A DNA stretch of 64,000 nt from Alphaproteobacteria bacterium. GTDB taxonomy: Bacteria > Patescibacteriota > Minisyncoccia > Phycocordibacterales > JABAAK01. Where the stretch lies: NCBI GenBank assembly GCA_030054135.1, contig JASGCN010000001.1, positions 18,013-82,012 on the forward strand, given 5' to 3'. A program made the position numbers and the translations under genes. This document shows, one piece after another, positions 32,150 through 42,582 of this stretch. Position 1 is the first letter of the stretch. Every line of letters begins with the position of its first letter. The notes beneath the pieces are model-generated. The model was not told the origin of the DNA, did not search any database, and saw nothing but the letters and a program-made list of their open reading frames with translations.

Positions 32150-32845
32150 AGAAAACTTTTTCTTGAAAAGCATATATTGAATAGCAGTGGCTATATTATT
32201 TACTATCCAATATAGCGCAATAACAGCATGAAGAAAGAATGAAATAATTGCTACAACTACTGGCAACACGTATAAAACATTTTTTTTCATCGTAATGGCA
32301 AAGTCTGTCTCACTCGCAGACGGGGGCGTATGTAGCTGCATAACATATGTTGCATACCATTGAGTTACTCCTACAAATAATGCAAGCAAAAAACTTCCTG
32401 CCACATACAAATCAATTGCTCCCAATGAACGCACAAGCGTTTCTGGATTTTTCACAAAAGAATATAAATGAGTCACATCAATTCCTTGTGTGCTTGCGTC
32501 AGTCAACACAAAATAAATTCCTAGATATAGGGGAATTTGTATGATAAGTATGACAATAATTATAAAAGGATTAATTCTATTTTTTCTATATACATCGATA
32601 ATCTGTATTCCTAATTCTTGTTTATTGTCAGCAAATTTTTTTTGCAATGTTACAATTTCCGGTTGAACTCGTGCGAGCATTTGTTGATTGTAATACATTG
32701 AGTATGAAAAAGAATATAGTAATAATTTTATCAGTATTACAAGAACAACTGTTGCTAATACTACAATACCTCCAGTACTATCCAATAAAAATGTATACAC
32801 ATTTGCGATTGGGTTATACACTATGTGTTGATACCATGTGAACAT
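32126..32845 (-). CDS. yidC: YidC/Oxa1 membrane insertase (short form)
   Basis: QPEIVTLQKKF, INPF..IIQIP, ALYWIVNN..IQY; conserved position after rnpA. Confidence 0.88.
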   Translation of the reverse strand: MFTWYQHIVYNPIANVYTFLLDSTGGIVVLATVVLVILIKLLLYSFSYSMYYNQQMLARVQPEIVTLQKKFADNKQELGIQIIDVYRKNRINPFIIIVILIIQIPLYLGIYFVLTDASTQGIDVTHLYSFVKNPETLVRSLGAIDLYVAGSFLLALFVGVTQWYATYVMQLHTPPSASETDFAITMKKNVLYVLPVVVAIISFFLHAVIALYWIVNNIATAIQYMLFKKKFSLLQTNRP

Positions 32846-32846
32846 A

Positions 32847-33149
32847 CTATGTGGTTAGTATACCTATTTCTATAGATCTTTGCTCGTCCTGGGTTAATCT
32901 TTTTGTACCATAATAATAAAACAAAAATGCATTTTCTTTTATTCCTTTTTTTTGTACACGAATACAAATGTGTCGCAACTGTCTTTTAATTGCATTTCTT
33001 ACTACTGATGTTTTTACACACGATTTGGGGACTATAATAATGCACTTTTTTTCTATGTGAGTATTTTGATACCAATGAACACCTGGTGCTATACACGACT
33101 TTCTTTTAAAATCTTTTTTAAAATCTTCAATAGATGCTTTGTGTTTCAT
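32847..33149 (-). CDS. rnpA: Ribonuclease P protein component (divergent)
   Basis: IIVPK..SVVRNAIKRQLR (RNR-like motif); position between rpmH and yidC. Confidence 0.8.
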   Translation of the reverse strand: MKHKASIEDFKKDFKRKSCIAPGVHWYQNTHIEKKCIIIVPKSCVKTSVVRNAIKRQLRHICIRVQKKGIKENAFLFYYYGTKRLTQDEQRSIEIGILTT

Positions 33150-33194
33150 ACATATTACTATACTGCCCAAACATCATTACGAAAATCTATAATG

Positions 33195-33326
33195 CTATGC
33201 AGAAAGTTTATTTCTTCCTTTCCTTCTACGAGTACGCAAAATTCTTTTTCCACTTGCCGAAGAGGATCTATGTAAAAAACCATGTTTTCGTGCTCGTTTA
33301 ACTTTTTTTATTTTTGCCATGGTCAT
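33195..33326 (-). CDS. rpmH: 50S ribosomal protein L34 (absent from the ORF track, 43 aa)
   Basis: Manual translation [43 protein letters not shown]; divergent from dnaA. Confidence 0.92.
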   Translation of the reverse strand: MTMAKIKKVKRARKHGFLHRSSSASGKRILRTRRRKGRNKLSA

Positions 33327-33467
33327 ACTATAAACTCTTATACACTGTTTTGCAAGTCACAAAAACACTATAAAATAAAAAACATAAAAAATACACAAAA
33401 CAAGTGTCACACAACATAAACATTTTTTTTGTAAAGATTTGCACTTAAAATAAAAAAAACATAATAT

Positions 33468-34826
33468 ATGGGCATGCAATCTGATATTACAAACATCCAA
33501 GAGTTGTGGCAATCAGTTCTTTCTACTTTTAAAACTCAGCTATCAGAATCTCAATTTAAAACATGGTTTGAAAAAGTACATGCACTTCGTCTTGATGATA
33601 ACAATTGTCTCGTTCTTGGAACTGAAAACAATTTCACTAGAGATTGGATTATGCAAAAATATCAAAAACAAATTGCCAGTGAAGTTGCTAAACGATACGC
33701 ACACATCAAACACATAAAAATAATAACTTCACGCCGAACTGCACCACCTCAAAAGGCACATCAAATTTCTACGCCAAACACAGCGCTCCCTATTGAATCT
33801 ATAGAAAAGAAAAATAATTTAAACCCACGATTCACATTTAAAAATTTTTATGTTGCTCCTTGTAATGAATACGCACACGCAGCAGCGCAAGTAGTTGCTA
33901 CTCGACTAGGTATTGCATACAATCCATGTTTTATTTACGGAGCAAGTGGTTGTGGCAAAACTCACCTCATTCAAGCAATAGGGAATAAAGTTGCTGCTAT
34001 GTATCCCAATATGAATGTTCGATACATCACTGCAGAAGCATTCACAGACGCATACGTGCAAGCATTACGTACAGAAAAAATGCATGAATTTAGAAAAGAA
34101 TACCAAAATACACAACTCCTCATCCTTGACGATGTACATTTTTTTCAGAAAAAAATTCAAACTGCTGTTGAACTTTTTCACCTATTTAACCATCTCCACA
34201 ACAACAATTGGCAAATAGTATTCGCTGCAGATTGTCACCCGAATCTTATTTCCGAGATTGAAGATCGTGTGCGTACTCGTTTTGCCGCAGGAATGATTCT
34301 TGATATTAACTCAATAGACAATGAATCGATGATGCTTATTGCGAAAAAGAAAGCAGAACAGATGGAATTAAATATGGATGCAGAAGTGTTTGAGTATATT
34401 ATTAAACATGTCAATACCAGTGTTCGCGAGCTTGAAGGTGTTTTCAAAAGTCTTGCTCTTTATCAAGAAATACAAAAAAAACCTCTTACTCTTTCTAATG
34501 TGCAACATTTTATTAAAAATAATCTAAAACCACACGCGTCTACAAATCAAAAAGATATTATCGAAAAAATATGTGAATTTTATGAAATATCACCTTCTGC
34601 GATTACCTCCAAATCAAGAAAACAAGAATTTGTACTCGCTCGTCAAATGATTATGTACGTAATGCGTGAATGTCTTGATATTTCTTTTGCAACAATCGGA
34701 GCAAAAATGGGGGGCCGCGACCATACCACCACCATGCACGCATGTGAAAAAATTAAAAAACGATTGACAACTGATAGGGATTTAGTTATCCAGTTAGAAA
34801 AAATAAAACGCCTTCTTAATCTTTAA
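33468..34826 (+). CDS. dnaA: Chromosomal replication initiator DnaA
   Basis: LNPRFTF, YNPCFIYGASGCGKTHL, LILDDV, SVRELEG, GGRDHTT. Confidence 0.97.
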   Translation: MGMQSDITNIQELWQSVLSTFKTQLSESQFKTWFEKVHALRLDDNNCLVLGTENNFTRDWIMQKYQKQIASEVAKRYAHIKHIKIITSRRTAPPQKAHQISTPNTALPIESIEKKNNLNPRFTFKNFYVAPCNEYAHAAAQVVATRLGIAYNPCFIYGASGCGKTHLIQAIGNKVAAMYPNMNVRYITAEAFTDAYVQALRTEKMHEFRKEYQNTQLLILDDVHFFQKKIQTAVELFHLFNHLHNNNWQIVFAADCHPNLISEIEDRVRTRFAAGMILDINSIDNESMMLIAKKKAEQMELNMDAEVFEYIIKHVNTSVRELEGVFKSLALYQEIQKKPLTLSNVQHFIKNNLKPHASTNQKDIIEKICEFYEISPSAITSKSRKQEFVLARQMIMYVMRECLDISFATIGAKMGGRDHTTTMHACEKIKKRLTTDRDLVIQLEKIKRLLNL

Positions 34827-35248
34827 TGTTGTCGTGTGTGTATCGTTTAGCAACTGTACTGGTTTACATTGTATTTTTATGTATCCATGAATGTATGTAT
34901 GTACTGTGTATATATATTGTATAACTAACGGTCACAGTGTCTATATTAATAATAAAAAATATGTACATGATCCACTTTTTTACAGTATAGTTTATTTATT
35001 TTTGTATATAAAACTCTTTTTCAACATTGTATAATCGAGATACAGATACGCGACAATACATCCACACTGTCCACCATATTTTTTATTTTTATTGAAAAAA
35101 CATTAATTTTGTTTAAAAGAAAGTTTGCTTTTATAACTTTGTTAATAATTTTTTTATTTTTTTACTTGATATTATTGATTATTATTATACTTTTTAACTT
35201 TATCTACTTATCCACGTATGCTATAGTAATAGTAACTTATATCTATAT
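34827..35248. other. Probable oriC
   Basis: AT-rich dnaA-dnaN spacer; DnaA-box-like TTATCCACG (35208-35216) and other TCCAC cores; trio-like ATA-GTA-ATA-GTA (35223-35234). Confidence 0.7.
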
Positions 35249-36379
35249 ATGTACTTTACAACCAACACAACTTTACTGAAAACAGTTTTAAACACATTAA
35301 TTAAAATTCAATGGAAAGATGTAACACAAACACACGGGACTCCTCTGACGCTTTCCTTTGAGGACGATACCCTAACGTTAAGTGTCGCAAGTTTTGATAT
35401 GAATGCTTCGTACACTATTCCAATAGAAAATAAAGAAAAAAAAGTTGGGAAGGAAGTTGTTCTTTTGGAGGCGTTTCAATCTATTATCGATCCGCTAACA
35501 AATACACAGTGTGTTGTTAAAAGAGAAGACAATGAAATACATATCCAAACACAGGGAAGTAAATCAAGAATAATTATTCCTCATTTTGAAAAAGAACAAG
35601 TGCAACCAAATATTCAAGATCCACAAAAAGGAGAACAATTCGATATTTCAAGAGAAATTTTAATTGAAGGATTGCGTGGAGTGCAAACATCAGCGTCATC
35701 TTCCACCATGAGACCAGAACTTGCTTCTGTGTATATGTATACAAAAAATAGCACAGTCTATTTTGTTGCAACGGATACATTTCAATTATCTGAAATGCGT
35801 TTTTCTGTTGAGGCAAAGAAAGAAATTGAAGTGCTCATTCCTCAAAAAACAGCGCATTCGCTTGTAAAATTGTTTGAAAATCTTATATCTGATAATGTTG
35901 TTATTACAAAAACAAATTATGGTGTGTATTGTGAGTCAGAAGGATGTGTGGTGTACGCGCGAACAACGCAAGGAAACTTTTTTGATTATAAAGCAGCATT
36001 GCCAAAAACATACAATGTTGAAATAGTATTGTTAAAAAGTGATGTAACGAATTTTTTCAAGAAAGCAAGATTATTTGCCGACGGGGTACATAGAGTCTCA
36101 ATTGTCATTGAGGACAAAAAAACTGTTCAATTTGTTTTTAAAAATGATCACATGGGAGAAACAAAAGACATTCTTATTGCGCGAGAAATAACAGGAGACG
36201 GCTCTCCTCGTTCGTATAATTACAAATATATACAATCTGCTCTACAAACAATAAAAGATGACTTCGTTATGTTCCGTTTTGTCATTGGTGGTGGGGGGTC
36301 AATGTGCATTACAGGAGTTTCAAATACAAATTATCTAAGTATAATCGCACCACTTATCGAAACAGACGAATTAAAATAG
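35249..36379 (+). CDS. dnaN: DNA polymerase III beta clamp
   Basis: RPELASV, VATDTFQL, GNFFDY motifs; follows dnaA. Confidence 0.9.
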   Translation: MYFTTNTTLLKTVLNTLIKIQWKDVTQTHGTPLTLSFEDDTLTLSVASFDMNASYTIPIENKEKKVGKEVVLLEAFQSIIDPLTNTQCVVKREDNEIHIQTQGSKSRIIIPHFEKEQVQPNIQDPQKGEQFDISREILIEGLRGVQTSASSSTMRPELASVYMYTKNSTVYFVATDTFQLSEMRFSVEAKKEIEVLIPQKTAHSLVKLFENLISDNVVITKTNYGVYCESEGCVVYARTTQGNFFDYKAALPKTYNVEIVLLKSDVTNFFKKARLFADGVHRVSIVIEDKKTVQFVFKNDHMGETKDILIAREITGDGSPRSYNYKYIQSALQTIKDDFVMFRFVIGGGGSMCITGVSNTNYLSIIAPLIETDELK

Positions 36380-36387
36380 TTTGTTAA

Positions 36388-38871
36388 TTAGAGAAGCGGA
36401 TATTTCTCTCGCAGGGTTATATTTTTTATCTTAGTGCGAATGATAACGGTAAGTGTAATGCTTTGACTATTGTCATTAATTACATCTCTTGGGGTAACGG
36501 TAATAACTGGTTGACGAGAGGTCCCAATATGATTTCCATTCATATAATATTCAAAACTTGCAGCTTGGTCTTGTGGTGGATTTGCTATTTGAATGAGTAA
36601 TTGATTATTTCTGTAAATAGATACACCAGCGCGTGGAGAAAAAATGTAGGGGTCTAGCACTAGTGGGGCAACAATACTATCTCCACTTTTGTTTTCTATT
36701 CCTATTGTTTTTTTAAGAAAAGAAATAGTGCCTGTATTATTATTCGCCCAACGGGTAATCGCATACTCCCAATTATTGTATTGAGAATCATCAGTACTAG
36801 TTCCGGGTTCCTTTGGATTTTTCTTTTTTACAAAATGAAGAATTGAATGAGGGGCACCGTCTTCACTCCACCATTTCCCAAGTAGGTGTGGATTAGCGGG
36901 AAGCGGTATAGTCGATGTGCTAAATGCTATTTTTTCTTGATCAAATTTTTCTGTCATATAATCTGAAAGTGGCCGCAGAAGTGGAAGAAGTACAGACCCA
37001 GCAGCAGATTCATGAAGCGGAGTTGCATCACTGTTTCCTCCCCATAGCACAATAATATAACGAGGTGTGTATCCAACTGTCCAGATGTCTTTTATGTTAT
37101 TCGTTGTTCCTGTTTTTATTGCGATCTCTCTTCCCATGTTACTATATACAGAAAGAATTGGTCTGCGCGCAGTTTCATTAGTGAGGATACTATTAACTTT
37201 TTGCACTGCGTCTTCTTCAAATACACGGGTACCTTCATCGACTTCATCTTCATAGAACACTCGAAATTGTTTTACTATTCCATCGTTTGCAAGTGCAGTG
37301 TATGCTTGCGCAAGTTCAAGGGGGGTTACTTCAGCACAACCGATGGCAAGCCCCAATCCACATGAATCGTCCTTTATGCTTGTAATCAAAAGTTGTTTTA
37401 ATTTTGTCACCACTGTTTCAGTGGAAACGAGATACATGACCTTAATGGCAATAATATTAATTGATTGCGCAAGGGCATTGGTAAAATTAATTGGACCTCG
37501 AAATAGGTTACCAAAGTTTGTTGGTGCGTAACATCCTTTTTCTAAATCAGTAGCAAGATTTTCTGGTTCACAATTCGTACCAAATTGTGTTGGCACATCA
37601 AATTCTATTGTTTGTGGGGTGTATCCTTTTTCAAATGCTGCGGCATAAATAAATGGTTTGAGAGTAGACCCGGGTTGTCTAAGGGAATTTGCGATATTAA
37701 CTTGACCCTGTATCTCTTTATTAAAATAATTTGCAGATCCAACCATGGCAAGAACATCTGCAGTTTGTGAATCAAGAATAACAGCAGATATATTTTTTAG
37801 ATTTTGTGTTTCATCTTTCCCCTCAAGAAATCTTTCTATCTGTTGTTGTACATATAGCTGTAAATTATAATCCAGGGTGGTTTTTATTTTTTTACCAGTA
37901 AGAGCCTCAATGCTTCCGTATTCTTTTTCAAGTAATTCACGAACAAAGAATACAAAATGAGGAGCAAAAATAGAAGTTTTTTTAGAACCATAAAAAGACA
38001 CTCGTTCTTGTTCTGCATTTCGGTATTCTTTTTCAGTGATAAATCCCTGTTGAAACATTTTAAATAAAATAATGTTTTTTCTTTTTTCTAATGCGTTAAA
38101 ATTTTTTCCATACGGCGAATAGTATGAAGGGGCATTGGGGATTGCCGCAAGATATGCTGCCTCAGCGATAGTAACGTTGGTTGCGTCTTTTTTGAAAAAA
38201 TCTTGAGATGCTTGTTTTACTCCGTATATAACTCCTCCGTATGAAATAGTGTTAAAATAAATCTCTAGTATTTTATTTTTATCAATATTTTTTTCTAATC
38301 TGTAGGAAAGAATAATTTCTCGTGCTTTGCGCAAGACACTTTTATCTTTTGTGAGAAAAACATTTTTTACCACTTGTTGAGTAATGGTAGACCCTCCTTG
38401 TACAAAACCAAAATTGGTAGCGTTAATAAAAAGTGCTCGTGCAAACGACAGAGGTTTAAAACCTTTGTGTTGATAAAAATCTTTGTCTTCTATTGCGATT
38501 GCAGCATTGATAATATTTTTTGAAATAGAACCGATAGGGGTGTACTCTCGTTGAATATCTGCAGAATAATTAAACAGTTCTTTATCATTTCTGTCAAGAA
38601 GATGTATTGATTGGAGTTCATTTCTACTTCCTAAAAGATCAATGGTGGGAAGTGGGGATAATGTGAGAAACAAAAGAACTATCGCAGATGCGAAAAAAAA
38701 TAATGTGGCCACAAGCATACCCCATTCAACAAGTGAGTATGCTTGTGTCTGTGATCGAGTGTGACGATATAGATGATGTATATATTTTTGATAGGTGCGC
38801 AAATGTTTCATAATAATAGTTACAGTATACCGTAATCTTTTATTACTACATTTGAGAATTATGTATTGCAA
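36388..38871 (-). CDS. Class A penicillin-binding protein (PBP1A family)
   Basis: EDKDFYQHKG, GGSTITQQ, RQPGSTLKP, SIN, KTGTT; start probably ATG 38811. Confidence 0.93.
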   Translation of the reverse strand: MQYIILKCSNKRLRYTVTIIMKHLRTYQKYIHHLYRHTRSQTQAYSLVEWGMLVATLFFFASAIVLLFLTLSPLPTIDLLGSRNELQSIHLLDRNDKELFNYSADIQREYTPIGSISKNIINAAIAIEDKDFYQHKGFKPLSFARALFINATNFGFVQGGSTITQQVVKNVFLTKDKSVLRKAREIILSYRLEKNIDKNKILEIYFNTISYGGVIYGVKQASQDFFKKDATNVTIAEAAYLAAIPNAPSYYSPYGKNFNALEKRKNIILFKMFQQGFITEKEYRNAEQERVSFYGSKKTSIFAPHFVFFVRELLEKEYGSIEALTGKKIKTTLDYNLQLYVQQQIERFLEGKDETQNLKNISAVILDSQTADVLAMVGSANYFNKEIQGQVNIANSLRQPGSTLKPFIYAAAFEKGYTPQTIEFDVPTQFGTNCEPENLATDLEKGCYAPTNFGNLFRGPINFTNALAQSINIIAIKVMYLVSTETVVTKLKQLLITSIKDDSCGLGLAIGCAEVTPLELAQAYTALANDGIVKQFRVFYEDEVDEGTRVFEEDAVQKVNSILTNETARRPILSVYSNMGREIAIKTGTTNNIKDIWTVGYTPRYIIVLWGGNSDATPLHESAAGSVLLPLLRPLSDYMTEKFDQEKIAFSTSTIPLPANPHLLGKWWSEDGAPHSILHFVKKKNPKEPGTSTDDSQYNNWEYAITRWANNNTGTISFLKKTIGIENKSGDSIVAPLVLDPYIFSPRAGVSIYRNNQLLIQIANPPQDQAASFEYYMNGNHIGTSRQPVITVTPRDVINDNSQSITLTVIIRTKIKNITLREKYPLL

Positions 38872-39325
38872 TCGCAGTGAGCGCTATGGCAATAGCGTCA
38901 TACTCGTCATCTAATCTTTTTTTTTCAGGTATTGCAAGTATGTGAGCAACCATAGTGGCTACATTTTTTTTTGAACTATTGCCATATCCGGTAATAGATT
39001 GTTTTACTTCAGCGGGAGTTACTTCAATAAGGGGAAGACGCCTTTCTTCGCTTATGTGGCGAAGTGCTCCACGAACTTCAGCAATGGAAAGTGCTGTTTT
39101 TTTATTTGCACTAAAATATACTTTTTCGAGTGCTATATGTGTTGGATGAAATCTATCTATAAGTATGTGGAGATGTTCTCCAACAAGCGATAGTCTTTTT
39201 TCAAATGGAAGAGATTTTGATGTTACAAAACATTCAGAGTACACATATAAATCTACTCCATGAGTATGGTCAATACAACTGAATCCAGCTCTATCGTATC
39301 CAGGATCTATACCAAGCATGCGCAT
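38846..39325 (-). CDS. ruvC: Holliday junction resolvase
   Basis: MLGIDPG, ALEKVYF, VKQSITGYG, DDEYDAIAIA. Confidence 0.93.
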   Translation of the reverse strand: MRMLGIDPGYDRAGFSCIDHTHGVDLYVYSECFVTSKSLPFEKRLSLVGEHLHILIDRFHPTHIALEKVYFSANKKTALSIAEVRGALRHISEERRLPLIEVTPAEVKQSITGYGNSSKKNVATMVAHILAIPEKKRLDDEYDAIAIALTAIAIHNSQM

Positions 39326-39329
39326 AGTG

Positions 39330-40307
39330 TTATGTAGATTGTATGTAAGCAATACCTTTGTCAGTAAGTTTTCTTCCTCGAGGGGATCTTTCAATAAAAC
39401 CAAGCTGTAATAAATATGGTTCGTGAACTTCCTCTAATGTTACCTCATCTTCTGAAAGCGCGTGCGCAAGTGTTTGCAATCCTACCGGGCCGTTTTTAAA
39501 TTGTTTATGGATTACTTGAAGAAATTGTCTATCTTCTTCTGTGAGCCCATATTCGTCTATGTTGTGTATGAGCAGTGCTTCAGTTACAACCGCAGGATTA
39601 ATTTTTTTATTGTGCACTTCTGCATAATCACGTACACGTTTCAAAAGATAATTTGCAATACGTGGTGTTGACCGTGAACGAATTGCGAGGGCCTCGGCTG
39701 ATTGTGTGTCCAACGCAACCCCCAATTTTTCTGCAGAGTGCGTAATAATTTTTACAAGTTCTGGGGTAGTATAGTACGCAAGTTTATGTGTTCCTCCAGA
39801 AAAACGTGTGCGTAAGGGATGGGATAGTTTTCCTATTTGAGTAGTCGCAGCAATAATCGTAATGGGAGGCATATTAATACGTACCGATCGTGCAGTAGGG
39901 CCTTTGCCAACCATAATATCAATGCCACCAGACTCCATAATAGGATACAACACTTCTTCTATGTTTTTATTTAAACGGTGTATTTCATCTATAAAAATGA
40001 CACCACCTCCAGTTGCTGCAGAAAATAAAGAAATAACATCACTTGCTTTGTTGAGGGTTGCACCAGAAGCAGTGCGTACAGGAACATTTAACTCCTTACC
40101 AATGAGATGAGCGAGGGTTGTCTTTCCCAATCCTGCGGGGCCATACAAAAGAACGTGTTCCGGTGCTTGATTTCTTTTTTTGGCGGCTTCAATAAGAATG
40201 TATAAATTATTTTTAAGTTCTTCTTGGCCAATATAGAGATCCCATGCGGGTGGGCGTAAAAAAGTATCCAGGGAGTGTTCTCTAAAAGTATGTTTTTCTT
40301 TCTGCAT
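39330..40307 (-). CDS. ruvB: Holliday junction branch migration helicase
   Basis: LRP..YIGQ, GPAGLGKTT, FIDEIHR, GPVGL, EPYLLQ, PRGR. Confidence 0.96.
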   Translation of the reverse strand: MQKEKHTFREHSLDTFLRPPAWDLYIGQEELKNNLYILIEAAKKRNQAPEHVLLYGPAGLGKTTLAHLIGKELNVPVRTASGATLNKASDVISLFSAATGGGVIFIDEIHRLNKNIEEVLYPIMESGGIDIMVGKGPTARSVRINMPPITIIAATTQIGKLSHPLRTRFSGGTHKLAYYTTPELVKIITHSAEKLGVALDTQSAEALAIRSRSTPRIANYLLKRVRDYAEVHNKKINPAVVTEALLIHNIDEYGLTEEDRQFLQVIHKQFKNGPVGLQTLAHALSEDEVTLEEVHEPYLLQLGFIERSPRGRKLTDKGIAYIQST

Positions 40308-40353
40308 ATCTCTATAGTACCTGAAAAGAAACTTGCAAATAAATCAGTTACTC

Positions 40354-42045
40354 TTACAAAGAAGTTATATTTCCTACAGTAGATTCAAGTTCTTGAAGAG
40401 AAGTTTCTCCACGGCACACTTTTACCAATCCATCTTGCATAAGAGTTGGGAGTTGTTGTGACACTATTGCTTTTTGTATATCGCGGGCGCCACCATTTTG
40501 AAGCATTACTTCTTCTACTTCTTTAGTTACCAAAAACAATTCATAAATACCAGTTCGTCCTTTGTATCCTTCATAACAGTTAGGACAGGTGTTTGATTTT
40601 TCGCCTGGTGCAAACATAGACGTAAGCATTGGATTATCTGCCTTGTATCCAACGGGTAGTTCCGCAATAATTTTTTCAAGAATAGTCTTTTGTTCTGGAG
40701 AAGGTGTGTAAGGCACTTTACACACTGGGCATAATTTTCTAAGTAATCGTTGTGCCATAATTACATTGATAGAACGAGAGAATACTTTTGGGTCTATTTT
40801 CATTTGCATAAGACGAGGAAGAGCCCCGATTGCATCGTTAGTGTGCAGTGTTGAAAGTACCAAGTGTCCAGTGAGAGCTGCGTCTACTGCAGTTTGTGCA
40901 ACCTCTCCATCACGAATTTCTCCAACCAAAATAACATCTGGGTCTTGTCTTAAGATCGCGCGCAATCCTCCTGCGAATGTATATCCTTCTTCTACTTGAG
41001 TTTGTACTAATCCGGGCAATACATATTCAATTGGGTCTTCAAGGGTAATTATTTTTAATTCAGGATTTTTAATAAAATTAAGTAATGAATACAGCGTTGT
41101 TGTTTTTCCTGACCCAGTTGGTCCAGTAGTGATAATCATACCGTGTGGTTTTTCTATTTCTTTTTTTAGCACAGAAAGTATTACAGGGTGTATTCCTAAT
41201 TTTTCAATATCAACGATAACATTTTTTGGATCAAGTATACGCAATACAAACGATTCGTGTTGTCCTTCAGGAATACTTGACGCACGAATGCGTAACTTTC
41301 GATCTACCATATCAATAGTAAATGCGCCGTCTTGAGCTTCATCAATGATATTAATTTTCATACCAGCAACCAATTTCATGCGGATAACAATCTGCCTGTA
41401 TTCGTCAGCCTTGAGTTCATGCATGACTACGAGCACTCCGTCAAGTCGAAAGCGAACAACTCCACCTTCGGGGGCTGCTTCAATGTGTATGTCGGATGCA
41501 TTTAATGCAACTGCTCCAGAAACTATGTATTCAATATTTTTTGATATTTTTGCGGATCGTTGGAGTGTGTGTAATGAGAAAAGTAATTTTTTTACTGATT
41601 GCACGGTTTGTGGAGTATTCGTAATAGCATCAAGTTCTTCGTTGAGGATGCTAATCTCTCCCAATTTAGTTGCAGATGTAAGAACAATGTCTTTATATGA
41701 ATCCCAAAACAAGTTAAGAGTTCGTGTTGAGCACACAAAAAGCTCAGGTTGATATTTTTTTTCTAAAAGCATTTTTAGTGTTTTGAGAAATATTTCTGAC
41801 CGTGGATTACGACAAGCAATTTTTATTTTTTTTTGCATACGGTAAAAAATTGCCATTTGTGCTTCGCGAGCTTCCTTTTCTGTAAGAATTTGTAGTGCAT
41901 TGTTATCAAGATCCACAGAAAATGGAGCCATATAGGGAAGTTCGTTTATCTCTGATATATATTGAACAAGACGCTCTTCTTCTTCAGTAAGATGAGTTTT
42001 ATGTATCTCATCAAATTCTTTGATAGGTGAACTATGTTGCATCAT
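40354..42045 (-). CDS. pilB: GspE/PilB type IV pilus assembly ATPase
   Basis: ASDIHIE, RFRLDG, GPTGSGKTT, EDPIEY, LRQDPD, GEIRD, TGHLVLSTLHTN, CPVC/CPNC Zn motif. Confidence 0.88.
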   Translation of the reverse strand: MMQHSSPIKEFDEIHKTHLTEEEERLVQYISEINELPYMAPFSVDLDNNALQILTEKEAREAQMAIFYRMQKKIKIACRNPRSEIFLKTLKMLLEKKYQPELFVCSTRTLNLFWDSYKDIVLTSATKLGEISILNEELDAITNTPQTVQSVKKLLFSLHTLQRSAKISKNIEYIVSGAVALNASDIHIEAAPEGGVVRFRLDGVLVVMHELKADEYRQIVIRMKLVAGMKINIIDEAQDGAFTIDMVDRKLRIRASSIPEGQHESFVLRILDPKNVIVDIEKLGIHPVILSVLKKEIEKPHGMIITTGPTGSGKTTTLYSLLNFIKNPELKIITLEDPIEYVLPGLVQTQVEEGYTFAGGLRAILRQDPDVILVGEIRDGEVAQTAVDAALTGHLVLSTLHTNDAIGALPRLMQMKIDPKVFSRSINVIMAQRLLRKLCPVCKVPYTPSPEQKTILEKIIAELPVGYKADNPMLTSMFAPGEKSNTCPNCYEGYKGRTGIYELFLVTKEVEEVMLQNGGARDIQKAIVSQQLPTLMQDGLVKVCRGETSLQELESTVGNITSL

Positions 42046-42105
42046 ATTTCTAGTGTAGCACCTTACTGAGATAGTGGTGGTATTGATAAATGCTATACTC
42101 AAAAT

Positions 42106-42582
42106 ATGTATTTCAAGATGACCAATGAAGAAGATGTTCGAGAAACGGCACAAAAAATATTAGCATATTGTGGTTCGCATAAAAATAAAATTGGTGCTAC
42201 TGTTCTTTCTCTTGAAGGAATTCTTGGAGCAGGCAAAACCACCCTCACTAAAGACATCGCCATATGCATTGGAGTTACCGATACTGTAACATCTCCTACA
42301 TTTGTTATTCGAAAAGAATATCAAGCATATCACCCACAATTTGAACATTTTTTTCATTGCGATGTGTATCGATTTGAATCTCCAGATGAATTGAAAGCAA
42401 TACAATGGAGCGATATGTTGCAAATGAAAGATACCCTCATCGTTGTTGAATGGGGAAACATTATCAAACAATATCTTCCGCCATTTGCATTTCGTGTAAT
42501 TATTACTATTGAAAAAGAAGAACGCATTGTTGAATTCATAGATCCTCATACAAGGAAAGATGATAGTGTCACCATTGTATGA
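42106..42582 (+). CDS. tsaE: t6A biosynthesis ATPase
   Basis: LEGILGAGKTT, VTSPTF, HCDVYR, VEW. Confidence 0.93.
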   Translation: MYFKMTNEEDVRETAQKILAYCGSHKNKIGATVLSLEGILGAGKTTLTKDIAICIGVTDTVTSPTFVIRKEYQAYHPQFEHFFHCDVYRFESPDELKAIQWSDMLQMKDTLIVVEWGNIIKQYLPPFAFRVIITIEKEERIVEFIDPHTRKDDSVTIV

